Shown here piece after piece: positions 29,847 through 39,343 of a DNA stretch of 64,000 nucleotides (positions are counted from its first letter, which is position 1; every line of letters begins with the position of its first letter). The notes under the pieces are model-generated. The model saw only the letters and a program-made list of their open reading frames with translations, ran no database searches and was not told the DNA's origin. This DNA is from Chlamydiota bacterium (GTDB lineage Bacteria; Auribacterota; Tritonobacteria; UBA1439), in assembly GCA_037133055.1 (NCBI GenBank), contig JBAXOY010000001.1:32236-96235 (forward strand), given 5' to 3'. A program made the translations under genes and the position numbers.

Positions 29847-31559
29847 CTATCTTTTCAGCTCCCTCAGCAGCTTCTTCAGCGGATACGTGTTGATCACGTC
29901 CCCCGCCTCCGCCCAGCCCCGGCGTGCGGTGAAGACGCCGTAGCGCATCAGATTGAGGTTCTGCGTCGAGTGCGCGTCGGTCGAAATGACGAGCTTCACC
30001 CCGTGCTCCACTGCCAGGCGCACGTGGATGTCCCGCAGGTCCAGCCGGTCCGGATGGGCGTTCACCTCCATGACGACCCCGTGGTCCTTCGCCGCTTTCA
30101 CGATCTCCTCCATGTCCACCTCGTAGCCGGGCCGTTCCAGGATGAGGCGCCCGGTTGGATGACCGAGGATGTGGACGCGCGGGTTGCTGATGCCCTTCAC
30201 GATGCGCCGCGTCATCTCCCTTTGGGGGAGGTTGAACCGGGAGTGAACCGCGGCGATGACGACCTCGCACTCCCCGAGGATGCCGTCGTCGAGATCAAGG
30301 CTCCCGTCGGGCAGTATGTCCACCTCGATGCCTTTCAGGATTCGCATCCCGGGCGACTTCTCCCCGGCCTTATCGATCGCCTTCAGGTGTGCTGCGAGCC
30401 TCTTCGCGTCGAGCCCGCGGGCCACCCTCACCGCCTTCGAGTGGTCCGTGATCGCGATGTAGGCGTAGCCGAGCTCCTTCGCCTTCGCCGCCATGTCGAG
30501 GATCGTGCCGCGGCCGTCTGTCGCCACGGTGTGCATCTGGAGATCGCCCCTGATGTCCGCGAGCTCGATCAGGGCGGGGAGCTCCCCTTTTTCCGCAGCC
30601 TCAAGCTCGCCGCGATTTTCGCGGAGCTCCGGGGGGATGACCGGAAGCCCCACCGCGGCGTAGACCCCCTCCTCGTTCCGGCCGGCGATCGCCCGCGCGC
30701 CCTTGAAGACCCCGTACTCGCTGAGCTTCAGGCCTCGCGCGCCCGCGCGACCGCGGAGGGCGACGTTGTAGTCCTTTGAGCCGGTGAAATACTGGAGCGC
30801 GGCCCCGTAGCTCCCCTCATCGAGCACGCGCACATCCACGCTCAGCCCGCACGAGAGCCGCGCGCTCGATTTCGTCGGCCCCTTCGCGGTCATCTCCTCG
30901 ATCCCGTCGTAGCGGGCAAACCGGTCCATGATATCCGACCCGGCCCCGCAGATGACGAGGATGTCGATGTCCCCGACGGTCTCCTTCCGCCTTCGCACGC
31001 TCCCGGCGGCCTCGATGGCCGCCACCCCCCTCGCCTTCCGGAGATGGCGCATGAGGGACTCCGCGTACTCGAGCCCCGCCGAGAGTTTGAACCTTCCCTG
31101 CCCCGCTCGGTAGCGGGCGATCGCCTTCAGGAGGTTGTCCCCGCTCTTGTCACCCATCCCGGGGAGATCCCTGATCGTACCCTCCCGCGCCGCCTTCTCG
31201 AGCTTGTCCACCGTGTCGATATGGAGCGTATCGTAAAAGAGCTTCACCTTCTTCGGCCCGAGCCCCTCGATCTTCAAGAGCCCGGGAAGCCCGCGCGGGA
31301 GCTTCTCCCGGAGTTCGGCGAGAAAGGAGAGTCGCCCGGTGGACACGAGTTCTTTGACCTTTTCCGCCAGGGCGGCCCCGATGCCGGGGAGCACGGTGAT
31401 GTCCCCTCCCTCGCGCACCACGGTCGCGATGCTCTCAGACATGTCCCCGATCACCCGCGCCGCGTTCCGGTAAGAGCGGATACGAAACGGGTTTTCGCCG
31501 AGGATGTCGAGAATGTCGGCGATCTCGTTGAAGACATCTGCAATGGCGGTGTTTTCCAT
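29847..31559 (-). CDS. polX: DNA polymerase X family protein with C-terminal PHP domain
   Basis: HhH motifs, nucleotidyltransferase GSVRRRKETVGDIDILV, and PHP-domain histidines (MHTVATDG…, ITDHS…). Confidence 0.85.
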   Translation of the reverse strand: MENTAIADVFNEIADILDILGENPFRIRSYRNAARVIGDMSESIATVVREGGDITVLPGIGAALAEKVKELVSTGRLSFLAELREKLPRGLPGLLKIEGLGPKKVKLFYDTLHIDTVDKLEKAAREGTIRDLPGMGDKSGDNLLKAIARYRAGQGRFKLSAGLEYAESLMRHLRKARGVAAIEAAGSVRRRKETVGDIDILVICGAGSDIMDRFARYDGIEEMTAKGPTKSSARLSCGLSVDVRVLDEGSYGAALQYFTGSKDYNVALRGRAGARGLKLSEYGVFKGARAIAGRNEEGVYAAVGLPVIPPELRENRGELEAAEKGELPALIELADIRGDLQMHTVATDGRGTILDMAAKAKELGYAYIAITDHSKAVRVARGLDAKRLAAHLKAIDKAGEKSPGMRILKGIEVDILPDGSLDLDDGILGECEVVIAAVHSRFNLPQREMTRRIVKGISNPRVHILGHPTGRLILERPGYEVDMEEIVKAAKDHGVVMEVNAHPDRLDLRDIHVRLAVEHGVKLVISTDAHSTQNLNLMRYGVFTARRGWAEAGDVINTYPLKKLLRELKR

Positions 31560-31766
31560 GGGCCGCTTCTCCTTCGCGTCGCCCCGTCCCCGATACGATA
31601 CCATCTTCGGCGGAGCGAGGCGAGGCGATTGCCGGGAGGGGGTCGCGCCGCAGGGCGCGCCATAGCCCTTGCGCTCACGGTCCCGGGTATGCCATACTTA
31701 CGTCTTCGACGCCGGGGGCTTTCGGAAGTGTCGCCCGCGGCGCACAACCGCCACAGGGGGTTCGCC

Positions 31767-32696
31767 ATGCCGCTCGTCACCACAAAAGAGCTTTTCCGGA
31801 AGGCCCTCGCGGGCCGCTACGCCATCGGGGCATTCAACGTCAACAACATGGAGATCATTCAGGGAATCGTCGAGGGCGGCATGGCGGAGCGCGCCCCGCT
31901 CATCCTGCAGTTCTCCGCCGGCGCCCGAAAATACGCCCGGCACGAGTATCTCAAGAAGCTCGTCGAGGCCGCCGTCGAGACCTGCGACCTCCCGATCGTC
32001 CTGCACCTCGACCACGGCGAGGATTTCGAGATATGCAAGGCCTGCGTGGACGGGGGGTTCACCTCGGTGATGATCGACGGCTCGAAGCATTCGTTCGACG
32101 GGAACATCGCGCTCACCCGGAAGGTCGTCGAGTACGCCCACCCGCGCGGCGTAACGGTCGAGGCAGAGCTCGGAAAGCTCGCGGGGGTCGAGGACAACGT
32201 CTCCGTGAGCGAAAAGGACGCCATTTTCACGAACCCCGACCAGGCGCACGAGTTCGTCGAGCGGAGCAAATGCGACTCGCTCGCGGTGGCGATCGGGACC
32301 AGCCACGGCGCCTACAAGTTCAAGGGCGAGCCGAAGCTCGACTTCGAGCGACTCGAGGAGATCCAGGAGCGCCTTCCGGGCTTCCCGCTCGTTCTGCACG
32401 GCGCCTCGAGCGTCCCACAGGACCTGGTGGACTTTTGCAACCGGTACGGCGGAAAGATCATGGGGTCGCGCGGCGTCCCCGAGGAGATGATCAGCCGCGC
32501 CGCGAAGATGAACGTGTGCAAGGTCAACATCGACACGGACATCCGCCTCGCCATCACCGGGACGATCCGCAAGTGTTTCGCGGAGGACCCCGGGAACTTC
32601 GATCCCCGCCACTACCTCGGCCCGGCCAGGGACGCCATCAGGGACGTCGTGCGGCGGAAGATCAAGGCCCTCGGCTGCGACGGAAAGGCGGCCTGA
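31767..32696 (+). CDS. fba: Class II fructose-bisphosphate aldolase
   Basis: LHLDHG, GTSHGAYKF, LVLHGASS motifs. Confidence 0.9.
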   Translation: MPLVTTKELFRKALAGRYAIGAFNVNNMEIIQGIVEGGMAERAPLILQFSAGARKYARHEYLKKLVEAAVETCDLPIVLHLDHGEDFEICKACVDGGFTSVMIDGSKHSFDGNIALTRKVVEYAHPRGVTVEAELGKLAGVEDNVSVSEKDAIFTNPDQAHEFVERSKCDSLAVAIGTSHGAYKFKGEPKLDFERLEEIQERLPGFPLVLHGASSVPQDLVDFCNRYGGKIMGSRGVPEEMISRAAKMNVCKVNIDTDIRLAITGTIRKCFAEDPGNFDPRHYLGPARDAIRDVVRRKIKALGCDGKAA

Positions 32697-32778
32697 GCGC
32701 CTCCCGCCCCCGACGGTGACGCGGCGCGCCCCGGGGGGGGCAATGTGCAACCGCCTGTTGCCGCAGAGGAGTGAGCCC

Positions 32779-33174
32779 ATGCCGATCCAAACCCTTTGGG
32801 ACCCCCACCTGTGGTTCGCGGCGTCGCTGATCCTCCTTGCCGCGGCCGTCCTCCTGCATGCCCGCCAGGTGCGCCGCCGCCTCGACCGGCTCAACTTCGA
32901 AGAGATGACCCGCCGTGTCGACGAGCTCGCGAAAGAGTCCGAGGAGCGCGGGCGCGATCTTGAGGTTTGCCGGCGCGACTGCGCCGAGCTGAAGATGCGC
33001 CTCACGGCTGCCGAGAGCGAGCTCGTGCAGGTGAAGGAGGAGAGCGCCCGCTTCCTCGGCATTTTCAAGACGGTCCTCTACGGATTCGACTACATTGTCC
33101 AGGGGTGCAAGAGCGCCCTTGAGATAGGTCCGGGGGAGAAGCAGCCCGGGGAGAAGCGCATCGCCGCCGACTGA
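32779..33174 (+). CDS. Hypothetical membrane-anchored coiled-coil protein
   Basis: One TM helix followed by a coiled-coil segment. Start uncertain. Confidence 0.3.
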   Translation: MPIQTLWDPHLWFAASLILLAAAVLLHARQVRRRLDRLNFEEMTRRVDELAKESEERGRDLEVCRRDCAELKMRLTAAESELVQVKEESARFLGIFKTVLYGFDYIVQGCKSALEIGPGEKQPGEKRIAAD

Positions 33175-33205
33175 CCTGCGCCGCTGGGAGGGGAGTCCCG
33201 CGCAC

Positions 33206-34453
33206 GTGAACCGCTATATCGCCTACCACATCGTCGGCATCTTCGTCCTCCTCTGCTTCTCCTTCTTCTTCTCCTGCACCGAAACCACCCTCTTCTCCCT
33301 CTCCCCGTTCCAGGTGAAAAAGCTCTCGCGCGGCAGGCGGGGCACCCTCATCTCCTGGCTCCTCGCCAACCCCCGCTGGCTCCTGACCTCGATACTCATC
33401 GGCAACATGTTCGTGAACATTTTCTCCTCGACGCTCGGGGAATCCCTCCTCCGGACCGCCTTCGGCGATGAGGGGACCGTGCTGGCGATTTTCATCATGA
33501 CCCTCGCCATCCTGGTCATGGGAGAAGTCACTCCGAAGACAATCGCCATCCAGTGCAACACCCGCCTTGCGCCCGTGGTCGCCCCGGGCATCAAGCTCAT
33601 CGGATCCCTGCTCTACCCGGTCCGCCAGGCGGTCCTCCGCATCTCGGACCGGCTCATCGGCCTCGTCACCCCCGTCGTCGCGGCTGAGCATGCGGTCACC
33701 GAGGACGAGATAAAGACCGCGATCAGGATCGGCTCCCGGGAGGGGGTCGTGGACACGCGCGAGAAGGCGATGATCCAGGGGGTCTTCGATTTCGCAACCC
33801 GCCGGGTCACGACGCTCATGCGCCCCAGGAAGGAGATCACCGCCTTCGAGGTCGACCGGCCCCTTCCGGAAATCGAGGAGGCGATCCGCCGGAACGGCTA
33901 CTCCCGCATCCCCGTCTACGAGAAGAATCTCGACAACATCATCGGCATACTCTACGCGAAGGACCTCCTGGGCCCGCGCGGGCGGGCGCCGGGCGCCGAG
34001 CTCAGGGGACTCCTCAGGCCCGCGTACTTCGTCCCGGAGACAAAGTACGCCCCATCCCTGCTCAGGGAGTTCAGGCGCAGGAAGATTCACCTCGCGGTGG
34101 TCGTGGACGAGTACGGGGGTGTCGCCGGCATCGTCACGCTCGAGGACCTGATCGAGCAGATCATCGGGGAGATGCGCGACAAGGGCGAGCCGGCGGCGCC
34201 GCTCTTCCAGCAGCTCGGGAAGAACAGCTTCAAGGTCAGGGCCCGGATGAAGATCGCCGAGTTCAACGGGATCTTCGGCACCGACCTCAAGGACGAGGGG
34301 AACACCACCATCGGCGGCTTCCTCACCGCCCGCGCCGGCAGGATACCCCCCGAGGGGGCCCGCATGCGGCACGGCGGCCTCCTCTTCACCGTGTCGGCGG
34401 CCCAGAAAAACAGGATCCGCGAGGTCCTCGTGAGCCGGGAGGCGCCCCGATGA
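33206..34453 (+). CDS. CNNM/HlyC-CorC family transporter (DUF21 + CBS pair + CorC_HlyC)
   Basis: Canonical domain order. GTG start. Confidence 0.8.
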   Translation: MNRYIAYHIVGIFVLLCFSFFFSCTETTLFSLSPFQVKKLSRGRRGTLISWLLANPRWLLTSILIGNMFVNIFSSTLGESLLRTAFGDEGTVLAIFIMTLAILVMGEVTPKTIAIQCNTRLAPVVAPGIKLIGSLLYPVRQAVLRISDRLIGLVTPVVAAEHAVTEDEIKTAIRIGSREGVVDTREKAMIQGVFDFATRRVTTLMRPRKEITAFEVDRPLPEIEEAIRRNGYSRIPVYEKNLDNIIGILYAKDLLGPRGRAPGAELRGLLRPAYFVPETKYAPSLLREFRRRKIHLAVVVDEYGGVAGIVTLEDLIEQIIGEMRDKGEPAAPLFQQLGKNSFKVRARMKIAEFNGIFGTDLKDEGNTTIGGFLTARAGRIPPEGARMRHGGLLFTVSAAQKNRIREVLVSREAPR

Positions 34454-35694
34454 TCCTCGCCGGGGTCGCGGTCATCCTGATCTGCCTGCTTTTCCAGGCG
34501 TTCTTCGCCGGGTCGGAGATGGCGGTCATCTCCTGCAACCGCCTTAAGATCCGCCACAGGGCGGAGCTCGGGGAGCGGAGGGCGCGGATCATCCAGCGGT
34601 TCCTCGACGAGCCGCGGAACCTGCTCGCCACCACCCTTGTCGGCTACAACGTCTCCGTGGTCATCGGCTCCTGCATCCTCAACAACATGGTCTCCCATTT
34701 TGCGCCGAAGAACACCGAGAACTTTTTCTCCCTCGCCGTCTACTGGCCCTTCGTTTTGATCGTGGGACAGATCATCCCCATGGCCTACGGGCGGCAGCAC
34801 GCCAACACGTTCTGCTTCACCTGCGCGCGCCCGCTCCGCGCCGCCTACTTCGCCCTTTTCCCCCTCGTCTTCACGGCCTCCCTCCTGGGGAGGGGCATCA
34901 CCAGGATATTCACCCGGGGGCGGTCGAAGAAGAACCCGTTCGTGACCAAGGAGGAGATCGAGCTCCTCGTCAAGGAGAGCCACGAATCGGGCGCCCTCCG
35001 GAGAGAGGAGAAGGAGATGATCGGGGAGATCTTCCGCTTCGGCGAGACCACGGTCCGGGAGGCGATGGTCCCGCTCATCGACGTGACGGCCGCGCCGGAG
35101 TCGGCGACCGTCGGGGAGCTCCTCCGCCTTGTCGCCGAGATCGGCCACTCGCGCATCCCCATCTACCGCGAGCGGATAGACCGGATCATCGGGATCATCA
35201 ACGCCACCGACCTCGCCGGGGTCCCGGAGGAGACGAGGGCCGGGGAGCTCATCCGCCCCCCCCGCATCATCCCCGAGTCCGCCTCGCTCGAGACCGTGCT
35301 CGCCGATCTCCAGGGCGCGGGGAGGCACATCGCGGTCGTCATGAACGAGTACGGCGGCGCCTCGGGCATTCTCACCATGGAGGACATCGTCGAGGAGATC
35401 GTGGGCGAGATCGACGACGAATATGACACCGAGTCGGCCGCCGAGTGGCGCAGGGGCGGGGACTCGATCGTCGTGGACGGGCGGATGCGCGTCGAAAAGT
35501 TCAACACAATCTTCGACCAGCGCCTGCCCCGCGGCGTGGCCGAGACGATGGCGGGGTTCGCGACGGACCTTTTCGGGAGGATCCCCGCACCCGCGGACGA
35601 GATCGGTTACGAGCACTTAAAATTCCGCGTCATCGAGGCGGACGACCGCCGGGTGCGGGCGATCGAGGTTCGGGGGATACGGGAGTCGCATTAG
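34450..35694 (+). CDS. CNNM/HlyC-CorC family transporter, tandem paralog
   Basis: Same architecture. ATGA overlap with preceding paralog. Stop codon TAG is the first 3 nt of the MITE-like element. Confidence 0.8.
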   Translation: MILAGVAVILICLLFQAFFAGSEMAVISCNRLKIRHRAELGERRARIIQRFLDEPRNLLATTLVGYNVSVVIGSCILNNMVSHFAPKNTENFFSLAVYWPFVLIVGQIIPMAYGRQHANTFCFTCARPLRAAYFALFPLVFTASLLGRGITRIFTRGRSKKNPFVTKEEIELLVKESHESGALRREEKEMIGEIFRFGETTVREAMVPLIDVTAAPESATVGELLRLVAEIGHSRIPIYRERIDRIIGIINATDLAGVPEETRAGELIRPPRIIPESASLETVLADLQGAGRHIAVVMNEYGGASGILTMEDIVEEIVGEIDDEYDTESAAEWRRGGDSIVVDGRMRVEKFNTIFDQRLPRGVAETMAGFATDLFGRIPAPADEIGYEHLKFRVIEADDRRVRAIEVRGIRESH

Positions 35695-35973
35695 GAGCCT
35701 GTCCGAGTAATGGGCTCTGTCGCGCCGCCTGCCGGTTGCGAGCGGATCAAGGCGCGAGGCCGAAGGCGTACTCAGCGCCGTACGCTGAGGCCGGAGCAAC
35801 GCCGAGCCGCGACGCAACCGGCGGCGGCCCGAAGGGTTTCGGCGGCGGGCAGCCGTCTGCGGCGTTACGGCTTCCTCGACGATGGGCAGGACATCGCCTT
35901 CGTCGCCGCGCCTTGCATCCGGCCCCCCGGCGCTCGAAATGCGTCGAGATCCATTACTCGGACAGACTCCTAG
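35692..35973. mobile_element. MITE-like palindromic element, copy 1 (282 bp)
   Basis: Terminal inverted repeats TAGGAGCCTGTCCGAGTAATGG... and ...CCATTACTCGGACAGACTCCTAG. GC-rich interior with hairpin GTACTCAGCGCCGTACGCTGAGG. Confidence 0.6.
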
Positions 35974-37591
35974 CCCCGAGGCGCCCCTCGCGCGCGAGCC
36001 GCGCGAGATCCCCCGGCGCGATGTCATAGACAAGGTAGGCATGCGCCACGTGCCCCACCGGCTCGAAATTCTCCCTCAGCCACCGGTAGCGCTCGGGGAG
36101 AAACACCCCCGTGAGCAGGTTCACCCCGACGACCACCCTCCCCTCCGAGGGCTTCTCGGGATTCACGATCACGCCGGGGTGATCCTTGACGTACCGCCTC
36201 AGGTACCAGCCGCCCTGCCCCCAGTCGATGTTCGAATCCGCCAGTATTCTGTAGCAGCGGGTGCGATCGGGGACGAGTTCGTTGAAATACGGGAGGAAGT
36301 GGGGATACCACGAGAGGACCGATGCCCCAAGCCAGACGAGCGCGCAGGCGAGCGCAGTCCGGCGCAAAGCGCCGAACTCGTCCCACCCCTTGAGGAGGCT
36401 GCCGCAGAAGATGATGAGCGGCGGGAAGGCGAAAAGAAAATAGCGTATCCCTACCTGGGTCTTGAAGAAGAATCCGAACCAGACGAGGGCGGCGGCGGGC
36501 GGGACAAGGAGGAATGCCTCGGCGCCGGGGAAGTCGAACCGCTCCCGGCGGCACAGGTACGCGGCAAGCGCCGCCCACAGGCACGCCTGGACGGCGAGCG
36601 GGACCTTGTACAGGAACGCGAAAAGGTAGTAGCCGGTGAACCCGACGCCCCGCGGGTGCAGCCTGCCGAAGAGATACGGGTTCCCCGAGACCCCGCCCAT
36701 TTCCTCGTAGTGCTTCGACCAATCAAGGCCCTCGAGGTAGGGATACGGCAGCGGGAGCGGCAGCCGGTTGAGGATCCCGGCCCTCGATTGGATCGCATGG
36801 GAGAGGGCGCTCTTGAACTCATACGCCCCGAACGGCGTGCCGCTCCCCTCGAAGAGGAACCCGGCGTTGACGACGGCCGCGCTCACCGCCGCAAAAAAGA
36901 ACGCCCATCCGGTAAAAACAGCCGCGCGGGAGGCGAGCCCGCGGAAATCCCTCTTCGCGATAAGGGCGAAGAGTGCCCGCGCGTGCCGCACGGCGAGGAT
37001 GACTAGAAACACCGGGTAGAGGAGTATCGCGGCGTGCTTGGTGAGCTGGGCGAGCCCGAGCGTGAGCGCGCTCGCCGCCCCGCTCACCCGCCCCGGCCTC
37101 TTCTCGAACCGCCAGAAATAATACAGCGCGACCGTCATCGCGCAGGCCGCATACAGGTCGGTGGTGACGAGCTGTCCGTGCGCGATGAAGTTCGGCTCGA
37201 ACGCGTACAGGGCGAGGGAGAAGAGGCCGGCGGCCGGCCCGTACAGCTCCCGCGCCCACCGGTAGACGAAGACCCCGAGGAGCAGGGCGGCGAGCACCGT
37301 GACGTATCTCCCCGTCTTCCGATCGCGAAGGAACCGCCGCGCCGCGCCTCCGCCGATCAGCGGGGCGAGCATATCCCCGGTCGCGCGGGGGACGGCATTG
37401 AGGGCCGAAACGGGCATTGTCGAGTCCGTGAACCGTTTCGCGGTGTGGTCCTTGAGTATCTGGAGTCCATACCGGTAATGGTACGGCTCGTCGTAGGTGA
37501 GAGTGAGATGCCGGGCACTCAGGACCGAGAGGATCAGCAGCGCGCCCAGGATGGCCGCCGCGGCGGCACGGGAGGATCGGAGGGGCATCAT
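35954..37591 (-). CDS. Glycosyltransferase family 39 (ArnT/PMT-like) membrane protein
   Basis: Polytopic N-terminal domain with GT-C features. Last residues ...GARSLSE and stop TAA are encoded by the right TIR of the MITE-like element. Confidence 0.7.
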   Translation of the reverse strand: MMPLRSSRAAAAAILGALLILSVLSARHLTLTYDEPYHYRYGLQILKDHTAKRFTDSTMPVSALNAVPRATGDMLAPLIGGGAARRFLRDRKTGRYVTVLAALLLGVFVYRWARELYGPAAGLFSLALYAFEPNFIAHGQLVTTDLYAACAMTVALYYFWRFEKRPGRVSGAASALTLGLAQLTKHAAILLYPVFLVILAVRHARALFALIAKRDFRGLASRAAVFTGWAFFFAAVSAAVVNAGFLFEGSGTPFGAYEFKSALSHAIQSRAGILNRLPLPLPYPYLEGLDWSKHYEEMGGVSGNPYLFGRLHPRGVGFTGYYLFAFLYKVPLAVQACLWAALAAYLCRRERFDFPGAEAFLLVPPAAALVWFGFFFKTQVGIRYFLFAFPPLIIFCGSLLKGWDEFGALRRTALACALVWLGASVLSWYPHFLPYFNELVPDRTRCYRILADSNIDWGQGGWYLRRYVKDHPGVIVNPEKPSEGRVVVGVNLLTGVFLPERYRWLRENFEPVGHVAHAYLVYDIAPGDLARLAREGRLGARSLSE

Positions 37592-37689
37592 CTCACCCCT
37601 GGTGACGGCGGGATATTCGCCGTGTACTATTCGTCCGTTGACTCAGCCGGCCGCGTCGTGGATAATAGTCCGTGCACAGAGAGGTGACC

Positions 37690-37878
37690 ATGGAAATCTT
37701 CATCAAGCTTCTCATCGGGTTCGCGATCTTCTTCACCGGCACCGTGCTGAACGTGTCCATCATGAGGAAGACCGGCGGCAAGGCCACCGGCTTCATGCCG
37801 ATTTTCTCCTTCCTCATCATCTGCGCCGGCCTGGCCGCCCTCGTCTGGCTTGCCAGCACCATCAAGGTCGCCGTCTGA
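37690..37878 (+). CDS. Hypothetical small membrane protein
   Basis: Two TM helices. 62 aa. Confidence 0.3.
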   Translation: MEIFIKLLIGFAIFFTGTVLNVSIMRKTGGKATGFMPIFSFLIICAGLAALVWLASTIKVAV

Positions 37879-37887
37879 ACCGCGCGC

Positions 37888-39192
37888 TCACCGCGCTTCC
37901 GCCGCCCGCGCCTGGATCCCCTTCAGGCGCTCCTTGAGTTCCCTGTCGTAGGCGCCCCAGTCACTGATCGGGGCCTGCGCGACCCCGCTCTCCATCGCGG
38001 CCCGCGCCACGCGCGGCGCCACCCACAGGAGCACCCGCGGGTCAAACGGCTTGGGAATGATGTAGTCGCGCCCGAAGGTGAAATCCTTTCCCCCGTACGC
38101 CGCCCGCACCTCGTCGATGAGTTCCTCCCGCGCGAGCGCCGCGAGCCCCTCCGTGGCGGCGTGCTTCATCGCCTCGTTGATGTGCGTCGACCGGACGTCG
38201 AGCGCCCCGCGGAAGATGAACGGGAAGCCGAGCACGTTGTTGACCTGGTTCGGGTAATCCGAACGGCCGGTGGCGACGATGACGTCGGGCCGCGCGGCCT
38301 TCGCCTCCTCGTAGGTGATCTCCGGGTCGGGATTCGCCATGGCGAAGACGATCGGATCACGGTTCATCGACCGCACCATCTCGGGGGTGACCAGGTTCTT
38401 GGAGGAGAGCCCCACGAAGAGATCGGCCCCCTTCAGCGCGTCCGCGAGCGTCCGGGCCTGCGTGCGGGCCGCGAACTTCTCCTTGTACGGGTTCATCCCC
38501 TTCGTGCGCCCCTCGCAGATGACGCCGCCGCTGTCGCACAGGAGAAGATTCTCCCTCCTCACCCCGAGGCTCAGGTAATAGTTCGCGCACGCGATGCCGG
38601 CGGCGCCCGCGCCGCTGAACACCACCCGGCACGAACCGATCTTCCTCCCCGTGATCTCGAGGGCGTTCAGGAGCGCCGCGCCCGATATGATCGCGGTCCC
38701 GTGCTGGTCGTCGTGGAAGACCGGGATCTTCATGTCGCGCTCGCAGACCTCCTCGATCGGGAAGCACTCGGGGGCCTTGATATCCTCGAGGTTGATGCCC
38801 CCGAACGTCGGCTCGAGGAGTTTCACGAGCATGATGATCTCGTCCACGCTCTTCGAGTTCACCTCGAGGTCGAAGGCGTCGATGTCGGCGAACCGCTTGA
38901 AGAGGACCGCCTTCCCCTCCATCACCGGCTTGCCGGCCAGCGCGCCGATGTCGCCGAGGCCGAGGACCGCGGTCCCGTTCGAAATCACCGCGACGAGGTT
39001 TCCCTTCGCGGTGAGGCGGAACGCCTCCTCAGGATTCGAGGCGATTGCGAGGCACGGCACCGCCACGCCGGGCGTGTAGGCAAGCGACAGGTCCTTCTGC
39101 GTCCGGCACGGCTTGGACGGGACGACCTCGATTTTGCCGCGCCGCCCGCGGCTGTGGTAGTCGAGCGCTTCCCTCTCTTTTTCGGTGACCAT
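37888..39192 (-). CDS. maeB: NAD(P)-dependent malic enzyme (short form)
   Basis: Malic-enzyme N-terminal and NAD-binding domains (…[17 protein letters not shown]…). Confidence 0.85.
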   Translation of the reverse strand: MVTEKEREALDYHSRGRRGKIEVVPSKPCRTQKDLSLAYTPGVAVPCLAIASNPEEAFRLTAKGNLVAVISNGTAVLGLGDIGALAGKPVMEGKAVLFKRFADIDAFDLEVNSKSVDEIIMLVKLLEPTFGGINLEDIKAPECFPIEEVCERDMKIPVFHDDQHGTAIISGAALLNALEITGRKIGSCRVVFSGAGAAGIACANYYLSLGVRRENLLLCDSGGVICEGRTKGMNPYKEKFAARTQARTLADALKGADLFVGLSSKNLVTPEMVRSMNRDPIVFAMANPDPEITYEEAKAARPDVIVATGRSDYPNQVNNVLGFPFIFRGALDVRSTHINEAMKHAATEGLAALAREELIDEVRAAYGGKDFTFGRDYIIPKPFDPRVLLWVAPRVARAAMESGVAQAPISDWGAYDRELKERLKGIQARAAEAR

Positions 39193-39343
39193 GGTGTCCT
39201 CCTCCGTGGGGTCGGGCCGTTGCGCGGTGCATTCGCCGGTCCCTGAGGCGATCCCCCGCGCACGAACCGCCCTTCCGGGCCATTATAACAACCCCACCGG
39301 GCGTCACAATCGCTTTCTGTCGTCCGCCGCATTGGGTATACTC

